Made by a program: the position numbers and the translations under genes. Positions 11,865-19,607 of a stretch of 64,000 nt of DNA are shown one piece after another (positions within the stretch are counted from its first letter, which is position 1; each line of letters begins with the position of its first letter). Origin of the DNA: an uncultured Fibrobacterota bacterium (GTDB lineage Bacteria > Fibrobacterota > Chitinivibrionia > Chitinivibrionales > FEN-1185); assembly GCA_963753345.1 (NCBI GenBank), contig CAVWBU010000016.1:1-64000 (forward strand), in the 5' to 3' direction. The notes under the pieces were generated by a model. It was given only the letters and a program-made list of their open reading frames with translations. It did no database searches and was not told the origin of the DNA.

Positions 11865-12190
11865 ATGTTTGCGCTGAATGAAATTATAGGTTTGCGCCGA
11901 AGACAGGAAAGGCAAATACCATTTTAAAACGTAAGAGCCGCGCACCCCTGCGGGTACTTCGCAGCGTCGCCCCTCGACGAAGCCGCATAAATGCGGCGTA
12001 AGAAATGAAATCAAAGCAAAATCATTGTTGAACTGCAATAATATTTGGCCTTTTTGCGTCTTATCATATTGTGCATGAGAATATTAGTAACTATATAGAA
12101 AATATCTACGCGGAACGCGTAGATATAATCTCGGCTAAAACTATCCAGTTGCGAAGCAACGGATGAGCGAGGATGCAAAAGGAGTACGCT

Positions 12191-12919
12191 ATGGATCAAA
12201 ACGAGAAAACTGCCCCACCGGACTATGGCGTTGACGGTTCACCTTTCAGGGTTCCTTTGATTTGTGTCGGGCTTTGGGTTTTCACTATCGTTCTCTTCAT
12301 TTTTCCCAACCCAATTCTTAAAATCCTGAGCGCCTTATTCCTTGTTAGTTCTCTGTTGTTCACCGTCCTCACCGTTAAATTCATCTATTACATTAAGGCC
12401 GGTAAGTTTCGCCTACGAGACAGGCTTCTTTCCATGGTGGATTGGAAGGGAAACGAAACAGTCCTTGACATCGGCACCGGAAGAGGCTTACTGATGATCG
12501 GAGCGGCCAGGAGGTTAACCGGAGGCAAGAGCATTGGAATCGATATTTGGAGCCAAGTGGACATGCATAAAAACAATCCTCAAGACACCCTCAAAAACGC
12601 CCGAATAGAAGGGGTTAGTGACAAGGTAGAGGTAAAAAACGAAGACGCTCAAAAGATGCCCTTTCCCGATTTATGCTTTGACGTTGTTCTTTCCAACCTC
12701 TGTATCCACAACATCCCAACCAAGGAAGGCAGAGAAAAAGCTTGCCGGGAAATCGCAAGGGTGTTAAAGCCGGGAGGGAAAGTAATAATCTCGGACATCC
12801 TCCGGCTGAAGGACTACGCCCAAGTCTTCCGTAGCGAGGGAATGTCGACGGAGATTCTTGGTGGCCATTTTCTTGAAACCGTGACTCCCTGGCACAGAAT
12901 CCTGAAAGCCTCAAAATAG
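12191..12919 (+). CDS. Membrane-anchored class I SAM-dependent methyltransferase
   Basis: AAGGAG RBS, two N-terminal TM helices, VLDIGTGRG, FDVVLS..CIHNI, RVLKPGG. Confidence 0.92.
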   Translation: MDQNEKTAPPDYGVDGSPFRVPLICVGLWVFTIVLFIFPNPILKILSALFLVSSLLFTVLTVKFIYYIKAGKFRLRDRLLSMVDWKGNETVLDIGTGRGLLMIGAARRLTGGKSIGIDIWSQVDMHKNNPQDTLKNARIEGVSDKVEVKNEDAQKMPFPDLCFDVVLSNLCIHNIPTKEGREKACREIARVLKPGGKVIISDILRLKDYAQVFRSEGMSTEILGGHFLETVTPWHRILKASK

Positions 12920-13129
12920 GCTAGGGAACCCCACTACCCGAAGGGTGTCATTTTTAATTTCAATAAATAATTGAGAATTAACGCCGGCGCAGTTCCGTGC
13001 GGCGGCGGTAAACATGAGAGGGCGCGGCAAGACAAAGACAAAAGAGAATCCCGATAAAATCCGGGACGTCGAAGACTCCGGAGTCGGCGCAAACAAAACA
13101 TTATACTACGGTAGCAGCGCAAACACAGC

Positions 13130-13292
13130 CGCCAACAGCCCCTTTGATGCTGCGGGCGCAAAGCCGCCCTTGGTGCTTCGACAGGCTCAGCACAAATTGC
13201 CAGCGTCTGAATCCAGCGCGTCATTTCGTGAGTGAGCTCACTCCGTCACGTTGCCTAACGCTGGCCACGTCGTAACACGGCAAACGTTGGGC
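13130..13292 (+). mobile_element. Long branched attC-like site 3 with embedded REP-like hairpin
   Basis: CGCCAAC-AGCC ... CACGTCGTAACACGGC-AAAC-GTTGGGC. Internal stems GGGCG/CGCCC, GTGCTTCGACAGGCTCAGCAC and GCCAGCGT/ACGCTGGC. Confidence 0.62.
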
Positions 13293-13368
13293 ATTCACAT
13301 TTTTACCGTATGGTACGCAACTGCTGGCCCTTCCAATCCGCTCCCCATTGTCATCTGATTCTTGCGAC

Positions 13369-13998
13369 TCACTCTTTTCGCCGGATTACCGCAAACCACA
13401 TCTTCACCTCCGCATACTCCCCGGCGTATGCCGGATTCACCTCGCCCCCCACCAACTGCAACGATTCGATGTCCCAGCCATCGGCGAAGACGTCATACAA
13501 CTCCTGTCGAGACACCCCTCCCCCAGGCACGGATGCCGGCACCTCGTCGCTGAAAGAAAACAGGAAAAGCCGTCCGCCGGACTTGAGTACATGTGCCAGC
13601 CCCCGTACGTAGCGTCGCTGGTCGTCTCCGCGGTAGATGTGAAACAGACCGCTGTCGATCACGCTTGTGAAGCGCTTGTTCCAGTCGCCCAGCGTCATGG
13701 CATTCTTGACCAGGAATTCCGCAGAAAGACCACGCTCTGCGGCCTTGGCCCGGGCTCGCCGGATCGCTTCTTTCACAAAATCAATGCCCGTCACCCGCAG
13801 GCCTCGGGATGCGAAGAAAAGAGCAGTGTTGCCCGTTCCGCACCCCGCATCAAGCACCGGACCCGTCACCTGGTCTGCGACCGCCACGAACGATGGCTGC
13901 GGTTTGCCGATCTCCCACGGCGGGTCGCCTTCGGCGTAAATCTTTGCAAAGCCGACATTGGCTGATGGTTGGTTCTCCAGCGATTCTTTGTTCTGCAT
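13369..13998 (-). CDS. Class I SAM-dependent methyltransferase (TPMT/Methyltransf_25-like)
   Basis: PPWEIGKPQP, VLDAGCGTG, VIDSGLFH, LKSGGRL. Confidence 0.92.
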   Translation of the reverse strand: MQNKESLENQPSANVGFAKIYAEGDPPWEIGKPQPSFVAVADQVTGPVLDAGCGTGNTALFFASRGLRVTGIDFVKEAIRRARAKAAERGLSAEFLVKNAMTLGDWNKRFTSVIDSGLFHIYRGDDQRRYVRGLAHVLKSGGRLFLFSFSDEVPASVPGGGVSRQELYDVFADGWDIESLQLVGGEVNPAYAGEYAEVKMWFAVIRRKE

Positions 13999-14341
13999 CT
14001 TCTTTGCCCCTTTCTTGATGTATTGGTTATCGAGACGTTTTGACGCGCAGGTGCCTGTTATTTCTTGTGTTTATTGTTTACGGAGCGCACAAGCCAGTAC
14101 CAATGGGACCGAACCAGGCGCCGCCTTCTGCGCATTCTGGAGACGGAATCAGCAAGTTCTGTCTATTCAAGACGCATTATTTACAGGATTATTGCATCAA
14201 AATAGGCGGATTGGTGGGGGACGTTGACATTCACACCACTTCCATTTCCTAAACTATGCATTTCGTCATCCAACCCTCTCGGCCCATCCCTCTTGTCATC
14301 TTGCCTTTATCCTGCCCTCCGGCACGCACTATTTTCCCCTC

Positions 14342-15232
14342 ATGCACATAAACGACATCTTCAAGCGCGACAAGCTAACGTTCAGCTTCGAGTTCTCCCC
14401 TCCAAGGGACGCGCCGGCCGCGGACCAGTTGTACCGGACCATCCGCGACCTTGCGCCCCTGGGCCCGTCCTACGTGAGCGTGACGTACGGCGCGGGCGGG
14501 TCCACGCGCTTGCTCACGCACGAGCTGGTCGTTCGCATCCGCAAAGAGACCGGGCTTACCGTGGTGTCACACCTCACTTGCTCCGGCTCAACGCGCGACG
14601 AAACCGTGGCGATCCTTGAGACGTACCGGAAGAGCGGCATAGAAAACATCATGGCCCTGCGCGGCGATCCGCCCGCGGGAACCGGCGCGTTCGTTCCGGC
14701 CAAGGGCGGGTGCGGCCATGCGGTCGAGCTTGTCGGATTGATAAAGCGGCAGTTTCCCGAAATGGGCATCGGCGTGGCAGGCTATCCCGAGGGACACCCC
14801 GAGACGCCCAACCGTTTGCGCGAGATGGATTATCTCAAGGCAAAGGTGGACGCGGGCGCGGATTTCGTGTGCACGCAGTTCTTCTTTGACAACCACGACT
14901 TCTACGATTTCTGCGAGCGAAGCAGGATCGCGGGAATCACGATTCCCATTCTGGCCGGCATCATGCCGGTGACGTCCCTCAAGGGCATGACGCGCATGGC
15001 CGACCTTGCCGCGGGCACGCATTTCCCTGCGCGGCTGCTCAAGGCGCTGTCGCGCGCGGAAGACGACGAGCATGTCGAGAAGGTGGGTGTGCACTGGGCC
15101 ACCGAGCAGGTGTCGGACCTCATCGACAACGGCGTGAAAGGCGTGCATTTCTACACGTTGAACAAATCCAAGGCCACGCTCAGGATTTATGATTCGCTGG
15201 GGGTTACGAGTTCGGCGAGGCTGAAACAATAG
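14342..15232 (+). CDS. metF: 5,10-methylenetetrahydrofolate reductase
   Basis: FSFEFSPP, VSVTYGAGGST, HLTC, ALRGDPP, AGYPEGHPE, KVDAGADF..TQFFFD, HFYTLN. Confidence 0.97.
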   Translation: MHINDIFKRDKLTFSFEFSPPRDAPAADQLYRTIRDLAPLGPSYVSVTYGAGGSTRLLTHELVVRIRKETGLTVVSHLTCSGSTRDETVAILETYRKSGIENIMALRGDPPAGTGAFVPAKGGCGHAVELVGLIKRQFPEMGIGVAGYPEGHPETPNRLREMDYLKAKVDAGADFVCTQFFFDNHDFYDFCERSRIAGITIPILAGIMPVTSLKGMTRMADLAAGTHFPARLLKALSRAEDDEHVEKVGVHWATEQVSDLIDNGVKGVHFYTLNKSKATLRIYDSLGVTSSARLKQ

Positions 15233-15265
15233 ATACCAAAAAATAAATACAAATAAAAAATAGAT

Positions 15266-15352
15266 AGTTGGAAGGGCCTGGCCGGCCCTTAAACCCGCCA
15301 AGGAAAATGCTTATTATATCGCCCCACCAAACCTCCCCCCGGGGAGGCTTTC
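15266..15352 (+). repeat. Intergenic repeat family D, copy 2
   Basis: AGTTGG-AAGGGCC/GGCCCTT-..CCCGC..GGAAAATGCTTATT..CCAAACCTCCCC..GGGGAGGCTTTC; matches 8651-8738. Confidence 0.8.
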
Positions 15353-15378
15353 AACGGTGCGCATTCAAAGTGTTTCGA

Positions 15379-15429
15379 TTGAATCCCACAGCGAGCGCAT
15401 TCCTCGAAGCTTGTTTCGGGGTTCTTCAA
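15379..15429 (-). mobile_element. MITE-like family C, short internally deleted copy
   Basis: Reverse complement TTGAAGAACCCCGAAACAAGCTTCGAGGAATGCGCTCGCTGTGGGATTCAA keeps both ends of the ~117-bp copies. Confidence 0.65.
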
Positions 15430-15628
15430 TTTGTAAATGGAGCAATCATGAAGATACCAACCAGTGCTGTTTCTAGAGGCGCACTTCTCCTCGGTGGTCT
15501 TCGATTCGTTACGGTGATGGTATTCATTTGACACCCAAAAATGCTGTGGGCTTGAACGGATACAACGTTTTTCCTTCACAGCTGCTGCTACAAGGGTGCG
15601 CGCTTGTGTAAATCCATTTCCATATTTT

Positions 15629-15661
15629 CTCCCTCTCCCCGGGGGAGAGGGCGGGGTGAGG
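15629..15661 (+). repeat. REP-like palindrome CCCTCTCCC/GGGAGAGGG + GGGGTGAGG
   Basis: ctccctctccccgggggagagggcggggtgagg. Confidence 0.6.
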
Positions 15662-15757
15662 TTGTTACGGTCTTGCCACAGCCCCAACCACGCTGCACCC
15701 CGCGAAGCTCCCAAATACATCCTAATTTTTTTGTTAATTGTTGAGGTTAATTGTCTT

Positions 15758-15875
15758 GTGAATAGCACAGCCCGCGCATTCCCCGCGACTTGGCGCGGGG
15801 TTAGCGGGCGAATATTTGTTATTCTATTTCCTTAGCTATGGAAGAATCCCCGCCACTTGGGGCGGGGTTCTTCAA
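15758..15875 (-). mobile_element. MITE-like family C, full copy
   Basis: Near-identical reverse complement of 26826-26942. Two GC hairpins: CCCCGCG-ACTTGG-CGCGGGG and CCCCGCC-ACTTGG-GGCGGGG. Confidence 0.85.
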
Positions 15876-15983
15876 TAACATATCAATACAACCATAGCAA
15901 GAAATTCCGCAAATTTCACCCCGCCGTTCTTATATTATCATCAAGTGCTCTTTAATTCTCCCCACCCCCCAATAGGAGCCGTC

Positions 15984-17954
15984 ATGTCAATCAGGAACTT
16001 GTCCGCAGCTCTTCTTGCTTTGGCGATCTCATTCTCCCTTGACGCCGCCGTTGCGATCACCGGGACCGTTAGAGACCAGGCAGGATCGCCGGTCCAGGGC
16101 GCCATTGTGAGCCTCGCCGGCGCAGGGCTTTCCACCACATCCGACACAAACGGCGCTTATTCGCTCGGCGGAACTGTGTCGGTGGAACGTGCAGCTCCGG
16201 CGATACAAGGAAGAACAATGCCGTTTGTTGTCGGCAATGCGCTTGTCTTCTCCGTTTCGGACCCAAACACCCGCGCGCGCATCGACGTGTACGACGTTGC
16301 AGGCAGGCATTTGTCAACTGCCCTCGACAGGACTTTGACAAAGGGTGATTACCGGATCGCGCTCCTTCCCGCCCCTGCCGCCTCGCAGATAAGCATCGTG
16401 AAGTTCTCTTTCGGCGCAGCCACGAACATTCTGGCGGTTCCGTCGATGCTCGGAGACCACGCCCGCTTCGGAGAGGCTGTCCGGGAAGAGAAAAACGCCG
16501 AACCGCCGGCATTGGCCAGGAAACTTGCCGCGGTCGATTCCCTTATCGCCTGGGCCGTGGGATATAACGTCACCACGCTCGGCATCGACAACACAACCGG
16601 CGCCTACGACTTGACATTGCAGAAGAGCGTCTCGACGGGCCAGGTGCAGGTGATCCAGACGGATTCGGCGGGCGACAGGCTCGCCGTTCAGCCGGCGCTC
16701 ACGTTCGCGGCCGACGACGGCTCAACGCTTCCCACAGCCGCCATCACCCCGGCGACCACCTATCAGTCCATCGTGGGATTCGGGGCTGCATTCACCGAAT
16801 GCGCGGTATCGAACCTGTGCAAAATCCCGGCCGCGAAGAAGGCCGAGGTGCTCAACGCGTTCTTCAATCCGTTCACCGGGTCCGGCTATACGCTGTGCCG
16901 CGCGACCATCAACAGCTGCGACTTCTCGATAGCTTCCTACAACTACGACAACACGTCCGGCGATTATAATCTTGACAATTTCAGCATGCAGCACGACATG
17001 CCGTGGATGATACCATCCATCAAGGCGGCCATGGCCGTGCCGGGCTCCCTGTTCAAACTGTTCGGCTCGCCCTGGTCGCCGCCGGGCTGGATGAAGACCA
17101 CGGGCCAGATGCTCGGCGGCGGCGACCTCCTCGCAACCTGTTTCTCGGCATGGGCTCTTTACTTTGTCAAGTACATCACCACCATGGCATACAACGGCAT
17201 CCCGGTGTGGGGCGTTACGGTGCAGAACGAGCCCGAGTATTCGCCCACCTGGGAGGGCTGCCGCTACACGCCGGAACAGGAACGGGACTTTGTAAAGAAC
17301 TATCTCGGCCCCGCGTTTGCGAGCAACAACGTCGCCACCAAGATCATGATCTGGGACCACAACAAGGACGACATTGTCACCTGGGCGCGGGTCATTCTGG
17401 GAGACGCGGCGGCCGCCAAATACGTCTGGGGAACGGCCTACCACCGGTACGCGGGTGACCTGTTCGACAGCCTCTCGGCCACGCACGATCTGTTTCCGCA
17501 ATCTCCCATGGTGGCCACCGAATGCAGCGTCCGCGACACATGGACCGAAGCGGAGCGCATGGCGCATGAGATCATCGGGGACCTCAACCACTGGTCGGGC
17601 GGCTATCTCACGTGGAACCTCCTCACCGATTTTAACGGCGGACCGTATCACGACAGAACCGGCGGCTGCGTGGGACCCATCGTGGTCGACACCTCAAGCG
17701 GCGCCGTCAAGTACAACAGCAATTACTACTATATGACGCATTTCAGCAGATATTTCCGGCCCGGCGCGGTGAGGATAGGCTGCGCGTACAGCGGGACGGG
17801 CCTGGAAATCACGGCGTGCCGGAACACCGACGGGACCACGGTGATCGCGGCGCTCAACACAACGGCCAATCCTATAAGCTTCAAAGTAAAGCAGGGTACG
17901 CAGATGGTGAAGCCGACGGTGTCGGCGCATGGTCTTGTTGATTTGATATATTGA
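15984..17954 (+). CDS. Secreted glycoside hydrolase family 30 with N-terminal carboxypeptidase-regulatory-like/CTD-like module
   Basis: AGGAG RBS, signal peptide, YQSIVGFGAAFT, SCDFS, SPWSPPGWMK, acid/base VQNEP, WDHN, nucleophile ATEC, YYYMTHFSRY.RPGA.R. Confidence 0.93.
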   Translation: MSIRNLSAALLALAISFSLDAAVAITGTVRDQAGSPVQGAIVSLAGAGLSTTSDTNGAYSLGGTVSVERAAPAIQGRTMPFVVGNALVFSVSDPNTRARIDVYDVAGRHLSTALDRTLTKGDYRIALLPAPAASQISIVKFSFGAATNILAVPSMLGDHARFGEAVREEKNAEPPALARKLAAVDSLIAWAVGYNVTTLGIDNTTGAYDLTLQKSVSTGQVQVIQTDSAGDRLAVQPALTFAADDGSTLPTAAITPATTYQSIVGFGAAFTECAVSNLCKIPAAKKAEVLNAFFNPFTGSGYTLCRATINSCDFSIASYNYDNTSGDYNLDNFSMQHDMPWMIPSIKAAMAVPGSLFKLFGSPWSPPGWMKTTGQMLGGGDLLATCFSAWALYFVKYITTMAYNGIPVWGVTVQNEPEYSPTWEGCRYTPEQERDFVKNYLGPAFASNNVATKIMIWDHNKDDIVTWARVILGDAAAAKYVWGTAYHRYAGDLFDSLSATHDLFPQSPMVATECSVRDTWTEAERMAHEIIGDLNHWSGGYLTWNLLTDFNGGPYHDRTGGCVGPIVVDTSSGAVKYNSNYYYMTHFSRYFRPGAVRIGCAYSGTGLEITACRNTDGTTVIAALNTTANPISFKVKQGTQMVKPTVSAHGLVDLIY

Positions 17955-17969
17955 CAAAAGATTCTTGGT

Positions 17970-18048
17970 GGGGGCACCGCTTCGCGTTTCCCCCTCGCTC
18001 CGGCCTCCTCGGCCTTCGGCCTGCGGTGTCCTGTGCTACCCCCTCCAG
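17970..18048 (+). repeat. Intergenic repeat family B, partial copy
   Basis: GGGGG...TTTCCCCCTCGCTCCGGCC...GCTACCCCCTCCAG shared with the copies at 59097 and 60879. Further hairpins follow, to ~18126. Confidence 0.65.
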
Positions 18049-18272
18049 CAAAAGGGCGCGCCTGGTGCGCTCGCGCGGCGTCGCCCCTTCGCAACGCAAC
18101 CTCTGCGGAATGCCGCTTCGCGGCGATGAAAATAAACAAAATCACAAAGCAAGGAACAAATCCGCCATTGCTCTGGGTATCACTTGAAACTTCTCTTCTG
18201 GATTCACTTTCAACTTCCTTGCGATTGCACCTCTCTCATCACAACACCTATTTTTTTAAATCCAAAAATATC

Positions 18273-19607
18273 ATGAACAAATCTTGTATAATCACCTACC
18301 TTACTCTTCTATTTGCCTCTCTTGACCTCTGCGCCTGGTGCGGCGACGCGGTGCCGCAGATGTCAAGCGGCTACGGCGCGGACGGGACTTCGACCGTGGC
18401 TACCGACAGCGTGCGCGGCCGCTTTATGGTGCACGATGCGTACTTTCTGTTCCGTCCCAAGGATGCAAACCGGCCCCTCCCCGTGATTTTCTTCTTCCCC
18501 GGCATGGGCAAGGGCGGCGACAAACCAATCACCTACGGCAGGCTGCTTTGCCACCTTGCGAGCAGAGGGTATTGCGTGGTTCTCATCACCTACCGCATGG
18601 TCTCCTTTCCCTACCAGGGCATGACGTATCACCGCATGTACCGGGGCATACAGCATGCCGTCCGGACGTGGTCGGCGTTTATCGACACGACGCGCATCGG
18701 CATGGCGGGGCATTCGTTCGGCGCGAGCTGCATTCCGTATCACCTCTCCCGGGCAATCATCCGGCAGCACTGGGGATCGAACGGCGCATTCATGTATCTG
18801 ATGGCGCCGCACTACGTGTTTGAAATCACGCAGGACCAGATCGTGCATTTTCCGGCGGGCGTAAAACTCATTGCCGAGGTGTTCCAGGACGACGACTGCA
18901 ACGACCACCGTATGGCAAAGGACATTTTCGAAACCATCGGCATCCCGGACTCGGAGAAGAATTTTGTCGTGCTGCTGAGCGATTCCAATGCGTCAAGCGG
19001 GTGCAAACTGGAAGCCGACCACTCCACGCCCACCACCTTCGACCGGGGACGCGACGCGGCCGACGCTCTCGATTTCTACGGCATTTTCAGGTACCTCGAC
19101 GCCCTGGCAGACTACACGTTTACCGGCAATCTTGCGGCAAAAGCCCTCGCGCTCGGCCCGGGAACCGATGCGCAGCGCTTTATGGGAACCTGGCCCGACG
19201 GCACGCCCGTAAAGCAGGCCATTATTGCAAGAGCCGCTCCCCTGGTGCGGCCGCGCACGTTCTATTACTTTCACTGGATGCATCCCTGGAACGTGCGCAG
19301 GAAGACTTACCATCTGTGGATGCCCGACAGCGCAACGCTGAAACCGTCTAGAATCGCAAAGACAATGGGAAAGGCCTCACGGCCTTTCCCATTGTCTTGT
19401 TTACCCTTCCACCCTGTTCTTTGCGCAGGGCAGGACATTTCTTCCTGTGCCGGACTTACTGCGCGCTCCAGGGTACTTTCTTCACAACGACGCTGTCGGG
19501 CGTGTAGTCGGTGTAGATCACCGATACGGTGTCACCCGCGGTCAGCACGCCGATCGTTTTGGTTGCCTGCGAAGAAGCGGTGGTTGAAAATCCCGCGCTT
19601 CCCGTGA
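18273..19607 (+). CDS. Secreted alpha/beta hydrolase (chlorophyllase/cutinase-like); true stop probably near 19351
   Basis: Signal peptide, PVIFFFPG, nucleophile elbow GHSFG, candidate Asp (QDDDCND) and His (ADHSTP). The ORF tail crosses a terminator and overlaps the convergent gene, so the 3' end is doubtful. Confidence 0.8.
   Translation: MNKSCIITYLTLLFASLDLCAWCGDAVPQMSSGYGADGTSTVATDSVRGRFMVHDAYFLFRPKDANRPLPVIFFFPGMGKGGDKPITYGRLLCHLASRGYCVVLITYRMVSFPYQGMTYHRMYRGIQHAVRTWSAFIDTTRIGMAGHSFGASCIPYHLSRAIIRQHWGSNGAFMYLMAPHYVFEITQDQIVHFPAGVKLIAEVFQDDDCNDHRMAKDIFETIGIPDSEKNFVVLLSDSNASSGCKLEADHSTPTTFDRGRDAADALDFYGIFRYLDALADYTFTGNLAAKALALGPGTDAQRFMGTWPDGTPVKQAIIARAAPLVRPRTFYYFHWMHPWNVRRKTYHLWMPDSATLKPSRIAKTMGKASRPFPLSCLPFHPVLCAGQDISSCAGLTARSRVLSSQRRCRACSRCRSPIRCHPRSARRSFWLPAKKRWLKIPRFP
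19359..19398. terminator. Perfect 18-bp hairpin between convergent genes
   Basis: AAGACAATGGGAAAGGCC-TCAC-GGCCTTTCCCATTGTCTT. Confidence 0.8.

Noticed and set aside
12978-13100. Possible fourth attC-like site containing GTCGAAGACTCCG
   Set aside because: There is no terminal GTT core and arm pairing is weak. At most it is a relic.
9490-13292. CRISPR array interpretation of the repeats
   Set aside because: The repeats are 160-175 bp, separated by whole genes, with no cas genes or regular spacers.
14224-14341. SAM/SAH riboswitch or promoter upstream of metF
   Set aside because: No riboswitch consensus is seen, and the TTGACA-TAAACT spacing is 20 nt.
15289-15768. 159-aa minus-strand ORF as a DUF559 endonuclease remnant between REP-like palindromes
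   Set aside because: It has no DUF559 motifs and is mostly made of repeat sequence.
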